Shown: piece after piece, positions 26,501-39,240 of the stretch | How positions within the stretch are numbered: position 1 is the first letter of the stretch | How the letters are laid out: every line of letters begins with the position of its first letter | Assembly: GCA_030704615.1 (NCBI GenBank) | Contig: CM060734.1 | Coordinates: 54,684,001 to 54,748,000 of the forward strand | Length of the DNA stretch: 64,000 bases | Origin: Takakia lepidozioides | Lineage: Eukaryota; Plantae; Bryophyta | Reading direction: 5' to 3' | Notes under the pieces: generated by a model | Told to the model about the DNA's origin: nothing | Seen by the model: the letters and a program-made list of their open reading frames with translations, nothing else | Database searches by the model: none | Position numbers and translations under genes: made by a program

Positions 26501-29500
26501 AATAGGCTAAGTCCTGGCGGAAGAGGGTAGAAGAGATTTTCAAGGATCTGAATCTAAGTCCGCAAGTCTTAACCCTGCTGCATAAATCTGACTTAGAGGC
26601 CGTAGTGTCCAAAGCAATGTCTGTTGCCAGGAAATTTTCTGATGAAAATGAAGTTAGGCAGAATACTTCCCTGAACTTCTTTCCAGTCTGTGACATGGTG
26701 GAGGACATCATGGATGACCTCAAGGGTTTACCCACTCTCTGCACTAGACTGAAATTTAAACTCGGGTCAGGAAGGAACAGCAAACAGATGCAGCAGAGGA
26801 AAGGGGGATTACAAATGCCCGTTGTGCTGGCAACCTGAAGACAATATTCATTTTCTGATTCATTGTCCTGGGTACGCTCACTAGAGAGACGCCCTCTTCA
26901 AATCCATCAAGGGATTTGTGCCTGTACCTCTGTTTACCAACTTTGCAAATCTCGAGGCTGAGGCAAAAGCCCAGGCCCTTTTGATGCTTGTGTAAAGGGA
27001 TTTCTAGAGGATATCTGGAAAACTTGGAGCAATTGTCTGTTCCAGGGTAAGTCATACTAGCGGCGTCAGCCCCTGACAACAGTAGCTCTGCCCCTTTGTG
27101 TTCCTCTCAAATTGGGCACAGGGTCAGTGGCCACAAGGCTACAGCAAACAGCGTCTTATTAGCACATTCTCTGGCCTCCTGCATCCCATGTCCCTTGGGG
27201 GCTAGGCCCAGAAGGCTATGTGTAGCCAATGTCAATTAGGTCATCGATTACATCTCTCCCTCCTTTTCTCTTTTCACACAATAGTTGGACTTTCAGTGCA
27301 ACCTTTCTCAAGGATCGGTCAATGAGTACATTCTCTCTCTTTCTAACTCAAATCCAGGCTTCGGCAAACGTCTTATGAATACAATCTAATCTCAAATCCA
27401 GAGATTGTCTTTTAAGTGGTGCTTTTGTCATAGAAGTCATGAATGTTCCATGTTGACATGAAAGTTGACTTGCAGGAGGTGGTGGCAGTGCTGAAGAAAG
27501 AGTCTGGTCCCGCGGGCTTGCATGAAGACACTCTCCTGGTAGTCATGGGGGATCACGGGCAGACCCTGCATGGTGACCATGGCGGGGGCACTTCTGAAGA
27601 GGTTCTCTGTGTGTCTTCCACCAAAACCATGTCTTTCTTAAGTTCGGGGCATCTTGCTACAACAAGATAAAACGAATTGTTACAGTCCTTCTTTCTGTCT
27701 TTGCTGTTGCAGGGTAACTTTTGGTTGAATGCAATTGGCTAATACAGTGTTGGATGGATTTGTCAGGTAGAGACAGCACTGTTTGCAATGGGTTTGAGGA
27801 ATCCCCCAAGTTCACTACCACCAGACCTGCGATCTTCTCCTTGCAATAGGGCATTGGTACAGCCATTTTCCTTGTATTTATTGAATCAGGACTGCCAAGT
27901 TGAAGGGGTGTGGTTGAGGTCATATTGCATATCAGCTTTTGTATATTAGGCTGAAGACCACCTTTTTTGTGTTGTGTCTATCAGGATGGTCAAGATGGTG
28001 ACTGTATCAGCACATTTCCCCAGGTTGGTCACTTTGCAAATTCTCTCATTGTTTGCTTTGAAAGGGCGGTGTATGTCCGATGTATGAAATCCATTGCATG
28101 ATTCTTAAGCACTTCTTTCCTCGACAAGATATGATGAATGTCTGGTGGATCATAAAGTTTGTCCAGATTCTTACACCCGCACTAGATAAGGCCTAAGAGC
28201 AGTGGGGTTGTCTTGACAGTTGGACTTCTCTGCAACACTTGCAGCCCTCCTTGGCTTGCCCTTACCATATGGCAGGTGAATTCCAACTACTGACCAGGTG
28301 GTGATATGAGATGGCTTGAAAATGATTAAACCTCTGTTTGGTTCTTATTTGTTATATATCTTCCAGATTGGGAAGGCCATTAATTGCAGCCTAGTAATTT
28401 CCAAACTCGTCTTTCCTGCAGTGTTGGACGGGTGAATCCAGAGTTGTATGCCTTAGCTGCCGGCACTTGGCCCTCAACAAGCACTGCAGTAGCGTACAAA
28501 GGTCACGGTCTTCCTTTGGTTCTTGACTGGATGGAGCGTTACAAAGATGTGCTGTGCATCAATAGCTGGCAGGTACATGTTCAGCATCCGGTGACCCAGA
28601 GAATTTGTTGTACTTCCAACTATACCCAAGCATTGGCTTTCTCTCTTATTTGTTGCTGTCATTCCTTCAATAGCAAGGTATTATGAAGCCTTTGCAGGTG
28701 TTTTGAAGCAGATGATGCATTTCTGCATCTGGTATTTGGATGAAGTTGTAAGATAAGGACATGCAGCTGAGTCTGTTGTTGATACAATGTCATTCACAGT
28801 TTAATATGAACATGGCAATATAAAATAGGTCCTGCAGAACCATTTCATCCTACTTCAAATCAAGCAGTGTTTCTGGAATGGTAAAACCATACTTTTTTCC
28901 CTGAAGAATTTGCTCTCTGTCTTCACTTGGGGTCTGATTGAAGTAACTGACCTAATCCATTGGCTGTGTACAGGTGCAGCGGTACCTTGAAGCTTATTCA
29001 GCATCCACAATACAAGGATTTCAAGAAACAGACTTCTCATATGTTCAGAACCTATATGCAAATGCGCAGTCCCTGGCCTCAAATGCTGTACAGGCCCTCA
29101 AATGCTCTATGCTGAGTGTGTCTCCAAATAATTTTGGCACAGCAGCGAATGGTTCCAACATAGATGCAGAATTGCTAACCCAGAAGAGCAGAGGGCTGAC
29201 AAAACAGATACTACACTACTTCACTTATCTGGATGCAGCTGCTGATTTGGCACGAGCCCAGTGGACCCAATTTGAGGATGATTGGATGGCGGTGGGGCTC
29301 TCCCTTTTGGGTGCATCTGTAGTGGTGCACTTGGTTGCTCTCTCAAGAACCATGGGGCTATCAATTTGGTTGCCTGAAACATCACAAAGGGAACCAGAAG
29401 TGTGCAACCGACAACCGGATGAGTTTTTTGCTAGTTTGTTTCCCTTCAAACGAATGCTCCTGGGTTGTGGACTTACAGGGCTCGTCACTACTGGTGCGCA

Positions 29501-32500
29501 AAATCTATATCGACTGAACGAATTGTCTGTCAAAGTGGTTATTCTAGTTAGTTGCTTCTTCTGCATTCATGAAGTTAGCAGATCATGGCCATAAGCTCGT
29601 TTCCTGGAGCTTGTGCGTATGATAAGCTACAGTTCAATGATTGCTGATGCACCCTCAAGTCTCACTGGTTATATGAACAAGTGGCTGTCAGGGCGGTTGC
29701 TGGAGGGTGCGATTCCAGTTTCTTTCGCACCATATTTGTTATCTTGCATAACGAAACTTGGAAGTGTAATGACTATCGCTCTCTGCATGCTCAATGCATG
29801 CTTATGGAATCCTGCCCTCTTCTTAGGGATGTGGCCTTGAGTCTTCTAGTCATGCTACTAATTTTACCACCGGTTGGTAACTCTTTGCAGGTATGTTGTG
29901 GGGCTATCGGGTATTAGCAGCATGGAAGCAATTCGGAGCACCAGCCGCCTTATCCAATGGACAGTCAACCGTTGTAGTATTTGGCACCATTTTGTTAGCT
30001 TCCATTATGACATATGTTTGCCCTATCTTGAAGCACAGGGGAACGAAAACAAGTTTCAAAACTTCTGTGGCTTTCAGGTCGAATTCTGGTTGCAAGCAAG
30101 AAGAGGGTACTCATGAAGTAAAACAGCAAGGAGTTTCTATGGCAAATTTGAAGTCCATCACTGCTTTACTTTTCGTTGGGGTGCATGCTGGCAGCTTTCT
30201 CTCGAATAGCTACCTTGGTGTGCAACTCTTCTCTACCAAGGTTATAGCTGCGAATGGGCAGTTGCACACAGCTAGTCCAGTCAGTGTGAAGTCTTGATAT
30301 GCTTTGTGGTTCTGCCTTTCAGATGGTTTCATACTGCTCAGCAATGTGGCAAAAGGTTGCTTATGTTAAAACCTGCATCTCTGTGCCTTTTGGTCTTCAT
30401 CTCACTCATTCATTGGTTGGATTTAGTTGGTGAAGGACAGGTGGTGAGCTTCCTCTTGGCTTCTTCTGGCATCCTCTACCTTCGACAGGCCCTACAGGCT
30501 GGGTCCAAGGTTCCCCAGGTTTGTTGCTGTTCAAGCAGTCTCTTCTATTTGATACTATTGCATAGCTTCTAAACAAACATAAAGGTTGTAGCTCATGTCT
30601 CTTCCATTACGGAATATCCCCTACTCGCAGGTACTTGCTTGCTTTTACAGGAGCTGTCACCAGTAGAGAGGGGAGGTGGAAAGGGAATCTTATGAGAGGG
30701 ACACCCAGATTAAGTAATCATGATGAAATGACAGGCACTCCTTTTCCTGGCGCTGAATGGTGGTATGGCGAGTGTCATGCTTGCTGGAATCTTCAAGGAC
30801 CCGGCAACTGCCAGAGATCCTGCCACAAAGGACAACCATTCCCTGGCCTCATGTTCCTTAAAGCAATTTATTACTTTGTCAGTTGTAGCCTTGACTACCA
30901 CGGCTCTTCCCCTCTCTGCCCTCATGTGGCTGATTCTTCGACGGGCAAATAAATTCCAGTTATACTCCCGCAGCCTTGGTTGGACTTTAAACCTGGGGGT
31001 TCCCCTTGGTTACATCCTTATTGTGCTCCACTGGTTCATCATGGATTTAGCTGCCTCTCTCATTATCATCCCGGAGGCTGTCAAAGAATTTGCCCGGCTA
31101 CTGTTCCCACAGCTAGTGTACTCCATCAGTTTGGGCCTTGTTTTTGTAACATTTGCAGCAATGAGAATGAGCAGCACAAAAGGTGGTGTTACGGTCCCAA
31201 TTGGGGGTTTACTGGTGGAGGCGATTGTAGCTGTGTTAACTGGGCTCAGTGGGACAATCATACTGCTACTAGGACGGAAGGGGCCCACCATTGCACTGCT
31301 CGCTGTTCTTGAAGGTAAGCAGTCTTTGAGGATGTTGATTAGAACCTTTGGACCTGATATCAGTGAGAACAACATACATTTGGGCATTAGCTGCAATAGA
31401 TCGGGTGTTACCTCAGCTGGAAAATTAATGTACGACTCATTCATAAGTTCACTGGTTTCATGCTCTTGGTTCCATATCTGACTGAAGATAGAGCTATACC
31501 TGCCAGCCTGTAATATGATGCTTTGGAGTCTCTGAATGTGTAAATGTGATGGCTCTCTTGTCCAGTTTGGTCATTGCTGGATCTGCAGGGCCTTGGCTCA
31601 CCATCCAAAAGAGAGATTGGGATGGACAAGGGAGGGTCTGAGGCAGAAAACATTGTCATTGGAGAGTTAGAGTTTGGATCACGCTTTGCAGCGGTGGTTG
31701 ATTGGAATTTGGTAGCAGTGCAGCTTTTCTTCTGCACAGGCCACAGGTTCGAACTTGAACCCTCTTCCACTTTATGAGGTTTTTGATTCAATCGTTCGGA
31801 CCTTGTTTGCCCTTTAATTTGGGTGACCACTAGGCTGAGTTCAAGTGGCAGTGCTCTGGCTGGAAATGTGCCCAGCTCTGGGTTCGCTCCTTTAAGGGAG
31901 ACTTCGTAGACCAAAACGTTTCTCTGTGCCTCTAAAGTTTGCATGTGTCAGGTTACCCCTGTAATTACCATTGTTCACAGGGAATGGTCAAATTGGTCCA
32001 CTGAAATCTTCTATGCTTATTTCTTACCTGTATATTCCACTGACTTCTGTGTGTGGTGATGACTCAGATGTACATTCGATGGTCTTCACTATACAGCGGC
32101 TTTTATAGGGTAAAATTGTGACTGCCTTTTGACGTTGTCAAGCACTTGAAGTGTTCTAGGTGAATCTCGCTGTCTCACTTGAAGCAAAGTGGCACCTGAC
32201 CTAAAACTCAGGCATTGAGTTTTTCCGGTCCCCTGTGTCAGGTTTGACAACTTCCATTTTTATAGACAAGGTGCGCTGCTGGCTGCTGATACGTTTGGGG
32301 CATCCCACATACTGCCTGTCATTGGGCTTCCTCTACTTGTGACAACACTTGGAATGTCCCCCTGGAACATCCGCTCTTCCATGTCCAAAAACGACTCTCT
32401 TGCTTTGGAGATCACTAAGGTATGAGTGATGATGCATAGTCGGAGTTTTTCTGTAATTTTTTATCTAGGATTAACGCCCAACCCGAAGGAAAAACTCATT

Positions 32501-35100
32501 ATTTTCACTCAACTTGTTTTTAAGGACAAATGTTGTTCTGCTCATGAGTATATCTTCCTTTCTCACTCTCAATCTCTCTGTCTCATGTTTAGAGTTGTCA
32601 CTGTTAACGGACAGAAGTCTAACTTCTTTGACATAGACCAAGGTGTAGCTCAAGGATGTACTCTCTCCCCTCTGCTCTTCAATGTTTTCATCAATCAACT
32701 CCTCGAGGATGTGGAAAGTGAGGGATTTGGGTTAAGGGTGGGTGATACCACCATACCAGCCCTTATGTTTGCGGATGACTTCGCAGGCATAAGGGAGACT
32801 CCGACCAATCTCCAGGAGTTGATTGATTGCGCGAAGAGATACTTTGATCTTTGAGGGCTAGAGGCTAATGTCAGCAAATGTGCAGTGGTAGCATTCAACG
32901 ACAGAGGAGAGGGAGGAAGTGATCTTAAGTGGCAGTGGGGTAGTCAAGAGATCCCGGTCCTCCCTTCCTACACTTACCTGGGCGTTGAGTTCTCCTCCAA
33001 TTGTAATTGGGATGCACATATCCGGAAAGTTGTTCAAACTGGCAAGGGCAAAGCTCTGGGGCTCACTAAATTTTTCCACTGCAGAGGGGTCACTCTGAGG
33101 TTAAGAAAACCATGCTTTGTCGCGTTATTAGACCTGCCTTGGAGTACGGATCTGCTATATGGGTTGATAACTCCAACCAGGCTAAGTCTCTAGAATCCAT
33201 TCAAGTGGGGGTGCTTAAGGAGTGTATGTCAGCATGCTCCAAAACAGCCAATGTGGCTGTTCGGGGTGAGTTTGGCATGCCGTCCTTAAGCTTCCGACGA
33301 GATGAATTCAAGGTCAGATGGTGGGGTCAGCTGCAACATATGCCCAACACCAGATATCCTAAGTTAATCGACTCTATATCTTGGAAACAGGACCCCCTGT
33401 CAAACAGGCTAAGTCCTGGCAGAAGAGAGTAGAAGAGATCCTCAAGGACCTGGACCTGGATCCGCAAGTCTTGACCCTGCTGGATAAATCTGACTTAGAG
33501 GCTGTAGTGTCCTCAGCCATGTCTGTTGCCATGAGATTGTCTGATGAAAATGAAGTTAGGCAGAAAACTTCCCTGAACTTGTTTCCAGTCTGTGACATGG
33601 GGGAGGACATCTTGGATGACCTCAAGGGTCTACCCACTCTCGGCACTAGACTGAAATTTAAACTCAGGGCAGGAAACCTACCTTTGAACAGCAAACAGAA
33701 TCAGAGAGGAAAGGGAGAGTGCAATTGCCCGTTGTGTGGGCAATCTGAAGACAGTATTCATTTTCTGATACACTGTCCGGGGTTCTCTCACCAAAGAGAC
33801 GCTCTCTTCAAATCTATTAAGGGTATTGTGCCTGTATCCCTGTTTACCAACTTTGAAAGTCTCGAGGCTGAGCCAAAAGCCCAGGCCCTCCTGAGGCCTA
33901 GTTTTTGGGCAAAGACAGCAGATTGATGCTTGTGTGAAGGGATTTCTCTAGGATATCTGGAAAACCCGGTTTAATTCTATATATGGAGGTAAGTCTTACT
34001 ACCAACGTCAGCCCCTGACAGAGGTAGGTTCTGTCCCTTTTGTTCCCGCTCAAACTGGGCGCGGGGTCGATGGCCACAAGGCTACGACAAACAACGTCTT
34101 ATGAGTACAATCTGTCTCATGTTTAAGTCCACTAACCGGAGTGAGCCCCTCAGAAAGGTAGTGTCTGTTCCCTCTTGTTCTGCCCAAACTGGGCGCAGGG
34201 TCTATGGCCACAAGGCTCGCCAAACATTCTGTCTCTCTCACCACTGGTTTCCAGATGTTCTGCTATTTGTTGTAAATTGCAACCCTCTAACACAAATTCA
34301 TGGAAGGGATTGTGATCAGCTGTATGTGACAGCTATGGCTATGAAGGTTAAGATTTAAAACTGTGGAACCCCAGTAGTACTCCAGAAGTTGGTATCTGGC
34401 AGCTCCAAAGTTTATGTCAACTAACATGCATTGGCAATGATGGGCAGTAAGTACTGCCCATCACTGGTGAGCAGTAAATCACTTTTGCCTCTGGATTTGC
34501 TGGTAAATCTGAGTGCGTGTGTGTGGTTAGCTCTGGTGGAGAATATATGAAGGTGTGGAGAGTCTGACTCATTTTGGGGGAGGGGCAGGTTTATGTTTCA
34601 TACGGACTTGTTTGTACCATTCTCATGACCATGAGCATGGCGGCTGTCACATTGCATCGGCGGCATCTCATGGTTTCTTATTTTACACCCTTTTCTGTTT
34701 CAATTTAGAGAGGTGAATCATTATGGGAATGTTTGCTACTTATTGCTACGCTGACATTATGTTCACACTCATCAGCCCTAGTTCAACTGAAATTAAATTA
34801 GGTGGGTCACAAAGGTGGCCTTATTACTGGTCACATACAGAGTTTGCAGTTATCCTCAATGACCTTTGGATAATGATGGCTAAGTTATGGTCTGCTTGCT
34901 TGCAGGGTTTATGTAAACTTTGTTAATAGGAAGATTGGGCTTGGTGGATGCAGGTATGGGGTTTATTCGCACCAAAATACGTCTTTGATGCAGTGGGCCT
35001 TTTGATTGTCGATATTTTTATTGTATTAGCAATGTCATTTTATCTCTTTCTCCAGCCAGGGAGAGAGACAGAGACTTCGAACTCAAACATAACAGTTTGA
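20538..35100 (+). CDS. PIGO: GPI ethanolamine phosphate transferase 3 (PIG-O/Gpi13), about 23 exons
   Basis: [101 protein letters not shown], many TM segments and C-terminal [20 protein letters not shown] at 35098-35100. Confidence 0.95.
24498..24522 (+). mobile_element. 25-bp 3'-terminal stub of the RTE-X-like LINE, 11 nt inside a PIGO intron
   Basis: GGCAAACAACTTCGTATGAGGACAT matches the family 3' end GGCAAACAACGTCTTATGAGTACAT at 22/25 and is flanked by TCTCTCT on both sides. Confidence 0.75.
24548..27167 (+). mobile_element. RTE-X-like LINE, copy 2 (longest, older, many indels), in a PIGO intron
   Basis: Same RT motifs as copy 1 plus about 700 bp of further upstream ORF2. Perfect 15-bp TSD TCTCTGGCCTCCTGC at 24533-24547 and 27168-27182. 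Confidence 0.93.
27358..27384 (+). mobile_element. 27-bp LINE micro-insertion with its own TSD
   Basis: GCTTCGGCAAACGTCTTATGAATACAA (family 3' end), flanked by TCTAACTCAAATCCAG (27342-27357) and TCTAATCTCAAATCCAG (27385-27401). Confidence 0.85.
32592..34110 (+). mobile_element. RTE-X-like LINE, copy 3 (5'-truncated, near-identical to copy 1), in a PIGO intron
   Basis: RT motifs [19 protein letters not shown] and the zinc motif. Ends ATGAGTACAA. Perfect 15-bp TSD TCTGTCTCATGTTTA at 32577-32591 and 34111-34125. Confidence 0.95.
34135..34228 (+). mobile_element. Older 3' fragment (about 95 bp) of the same LINE directly downstream of copy 3
   Basis: ...GCCCCTCAGAAAGGTAG..CAAACTGGGCGCAGGGTCTATGGCCACAAGGCT.. 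aligns to the family 3' end and is followed by TCTGTCTCTCTC. It lacks the ATGAGTACA terminus and no TSD was identified. Confidence 0.85.
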
Positions 35101-36213
35101 TGAATATGACCATTTGCCTACAAACATGTCAGGTACAATTTGGGCATCGGTTTGTCCTGTTGCTCAAGAAATATTTCTTGAATTTCACTGAGCACTTAGG
35201 TCAACCTGTCATTTTGTACTATTAAGGTATTTTCATGCGTGTCCAGTTTTGCTGACACCTGATCACTGTGGGAAGTCAAACTTTCCTCGTGGAAAGAGAC
35301 TACTACTTCTCTGCGAAGGATTATATAAGCTTAACACTCGAAGATGCGATGTAATCCATGTCCAGGACGTGCATTTGTAGGAATGTGCACAAATCAAGTC
35401 TTCAAATCCGCCAGTTAAACTACCAGTCTCCCCTGATCACAAGAAACCATCCCTTTCCATCTGGAAAGAGATGAACAGCCTTTCCAGAGCTGAAACTCTT
35501 AAATATATAAGCTTGAACAAATTGCAGCTGTTGTGAATCAGAGAATGGCAGCAACTTGACAATCCACAAACTGGGGATCTCCAGGATTTCAACATTCTGG
35601 GTGTCCCCATTTGAATGCTCTCGCATTTTCCCTTCCAAGTTGTCAAATCGATTGATAGTTTTGAAGTACTGCATGGTAGGGTCTGTTCCAAGGTACATGG
35701 GCTGGGTTCATAACTGCTATTTGATATGGAAGGGCCCGACATAGCAGCTGGCTTGACTCATGGTGAGCCTTCCCTTGTTATGGTTGGGCAATGATTGAAT
35801 GATTGCTCATACCTTATAATTATATCAAGCACTCTATCTTACAAGAACAATAAATGTACAAATGCAATACAGTCTACAGTATATATGTGTTACAGGTGAC
35901 ATAGATATTTAACACATAGATACATCTTTCGAAAGTCACACTTAGAGATCAAACACTCATACACATAGCTTGAAAACCAGAATCTAACACTTAAAAAAGT
36001 TTAAATAATCCCCATGTTAAGGAAAATTAAAGAGCTAACAGGTTTAATTGATATATGTCATGAATTCAAGTTGTCTTGCTATACGTATATGCATTTGAAC
36101 AAAAATTAACACTTATTGTACCTTAATAATTAACACTTATCTGAAAGGGGGCTAATTTATCTGAAAGGGGGTCATTTAGGAAAGGAGGTCGGGAGTAAAC
36201 AACATCATAACAC

Positions 36214-36457
36214 TTTTTCTTTTTCTTTTTTAATTATAAAAAGGCAACCTGGAGCGACTGCTCACAATTCAGGCCCTTGAGGAGGGGAAAAAATTAACCC
36301 CCTTTCAGATAAGCCATTAGGCACACAGGTGGGAAACGTCACCACCAGACCAGCCCGTCACGAACAATCCACATATAGGGCAGGGCAGCGGGTTTGAACC
36401 CCGAACCACCAAGGCGACACACTGTGCACTTACCAGCTGAGCTACCAGCTGATGTGC
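36214..36457 (-). mobile_element. tRNA-derived SINE of about 245 bp with an A-rich tail
   Basis: Minus strand has A box TAGCTCAGCTGGTA (36444-36431), B box GGTTCAAACCC (36400-36390), an unrelated body and an A-rich tail (36231-36214). 8-bp TSD CATAACAC at 36206-36213 and 36458-36465. Confidence 0.8.
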
Positions 36458-38651
36458 CATAACACATTTAACACTTCCTTTGTAAAATCTTCGAGGGTAA
36501 AAAATATATAACAGATAAAGGGTTAATAGATATGGAGGGTGGACTATCTGTAATCACTTTTCTTTTCAGGTCAAATTGTAGGCTGCGGGGATGCGAGTCC
36601 AGAAACTCCATGTACATGTGCCTGTCCTGTTATACACTTACTGAAAGAATTGTATAGTGGGCAGGGTTCGGGTTCCTTCTGTCAATCATCGTCCTCTTGA
36701 ATATGGTCAAAACTCTGCAAGGTGACAAGTTGCTGGAGACAAGCTCTGTCTCCAAATTCATTGCAGGCAATGGGGCAGCAATCATAGCATCGTAACTCCA
36801 ATTTAGTACATGAGTCCCAGACATTTGCAAGTCATTGACTTCCTTGGTCAATGCTGTTTGGTCATGGTTAACAAGCACCACCAGGAAGACCAAAATTACG
36901 TTGCTTTCTCTCGGGAGTTCCACTGCAGCTGATTTGAGCTCTGCCTGAGAGGCAGCTATCATACGTTCCATCCACACCTTCTCGGCAAGGCGGATGATCA
37001 GAAGGAAAGCTACCAGCGTGCACGATTTCACAAGAAACATGATGTTTGTGTCCACTGGCCCTCCCTTGGGGGGTTGTCTCCAGTGTCAACTTCTGTGTCT
37101 GAATTCATCCATGCAAACAATGCTTCCGCCACTGATACAGCAGCAGGCAGTTGAAATAACTCATTGACGAACCTGCCAGTGTGAGATAACATGCAAATCT
37201 AGCCAAATATGTGAATGTACTAGAAAATAACATTCTGCCCCAAGAATCCCAGTGGAAGGTGCAGGAAGAAGTCTCTTCAGCCAAAGGTTGCTGGGCCACC
37301 TAGTTCAGAGTAACTGTGACAAGGAGATGCAGCTTAAATGACATGGTGATTGTCAAGATGATCTACTCAACTTTGCTAGAAATTCATACCTTCAGCTTAC
37401 CACACATGATATTAAAACACCGTAAACGCACTTGCAGCTACATACATGTTCCTACATTGCTGATCCAGTATGAAAAGATTCACAATGCAATTGCTGTCGA
37501 AGAGGCTCTCAGAAGTAGTTGCTACCCGCATGAGGTAGGATTTGAAGTTACTCATGGTCAGTACAGCTATTCCATTTGGAGCCAGTATTGAGAACAAAAG
37601 TACATCAGAGAGACAAATCCTTGAATAAAAGGGCGGAGATCTTAAGTGATCAGTCAGCTACTAACCTGTGATAAGAGCCGCCAAGCATCCCAAGCGAGAT
37701 GTAGGGCGTCGACTCCGGATGGTGCTTGACATGTGACAACTGGGCAAAGTGATCGGGAAAGTCTCAAAGCAGGATGGTATCGAGCAGGATGGTATCGTGG
37801 CCGACACTAGTGCATGTGCGGTGATCGGGAGTTGGCGTCCGTAGAGTTACCTGTCTTAAAGCTGGACGACTTCCACAACATGGGATTTGGCAGCGGCTCT
37901 GTCGCAGGGGAGCGCCTGCTGGAGGTGGGGTTTATCCACAAGGGGGCAGCGAGTGGATGGACCTTGTGAGCGATCTGCAGGCATGCGAGTCCACTGAGAG
38001 CTCTGCTTTGCCTATGGTTGTGGATGTCTGGCAGGATGACTTTACTTTACCCCAAGACCTATGTGTGCAGTCTGAATCATCAGAGGAGGTGGGTGTTGCA
38101 ACATGGCGGCCTACCGCGGATGAGCTCCTGTCGCTCCAAAACAAGGCAGTGCATGAGGATCGGTATGACATTCAGCACTGCCTACATCCCTGCAGCAGCT
38201 GGATCAGCTACAGGAACAGGCTTTCCCGGATGACACGGCGCCTGCAAGGAGTGGGAAGGAGCAGGCAGACATGGAGGTGGGAGTAGGAGACGGAGAAAGG
38301 GTGAGCGACTACACTAGGGCCATCATGTTGCCGAAACCCTTCCCCTGCTTGCAGATATCTGCAGTCCGTCCTAAACCGTTCATCAGTCCAGAGTAGTTGT
38401 CATGCATCTCTTTGGTGGACTGATGAGCGTATATGCGGGCCAACAATCTCAATCAAAACAATTGGGCAGCATCACAAAAGGTGGGAAGTTTCTCCAAGAC
38501 TAGCCCAATGCGTGTCGTATCATGTACTCATATACTCTGCATAGTACATGCCAATTGCCACGTTAGGCATTGCCATTTAAACCAAATTCTGGCTTTGACT
38601 TCTAGAATGGCAAGTAGTTGGTCCCCGCAAAAAATAGCTGCATCTGGCTCC

Positions 38652-38750
38652 TGCTTAAGTAATGCATCCTGGTTCCTTCACAGATAAAAGTCCAGGGTGT
38701 TTGCTTAGTAATGCATCCTGGTTCTTTCAGGGATAAAAGTCCAGGGTGTT
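38652..38750. repeat. Two-copy tandem duplication of about 49 bp
   Basis: TGCTTA(A)GTAATGCATCCTGGTTC..TCA..GATAAAAGTCCAGGGTGTT occurs twice. Confidence 0.85.
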
Positions 38751-39240
38751 GTCAGGATCCATTCCACGATCTGTACAAATGTGGGATTATGTGGGATTCC
38801 TCAAAATGAAAGTACTCTTGCATACTACACAATGCCTCCACGGCCATCCAACAATATGTCGAAATTTCTTGTGTATGCGACCCGTCCCGAAATAGTGCAA
38901 AAGACTTGTGTGCCAGCTGTATTGGTGGCATGCCAGAAGCTGAGCCTGGGTGGTGGTTGCAGAGCAATGGTCTCTTTGTGGACTTCTGCAGCTTGCACAA
39001 AGATTTGTCCTCCTGTGGCAGACCCCCAAGTATGCAAAAGAGTTTGAAAATCCTTCCAAACACTAAGCGTGCTGTCCATGATACACTATGTATTCACCAA
39101 AGCTTGTTAGGATGTACAAGCAGTAGCTCCTCTTTCCTATCCAAGGATGTGCATTGTTCGCTTTGTGGGCTGACTAAGTCTACAAACAAAGTCTCGAACA
39201 GGATAATTTGTAATTAGGTTGTGATCGTAGAAGTAGAAAC

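Noticed and set aside
36380-36450. Functional tRNA gene
   Set aside because: A and B boxes are present, but no convincing acceptor or anticodon stems. It continues into a body with an A-rich tail and TSD, so it is treated as a SINE.
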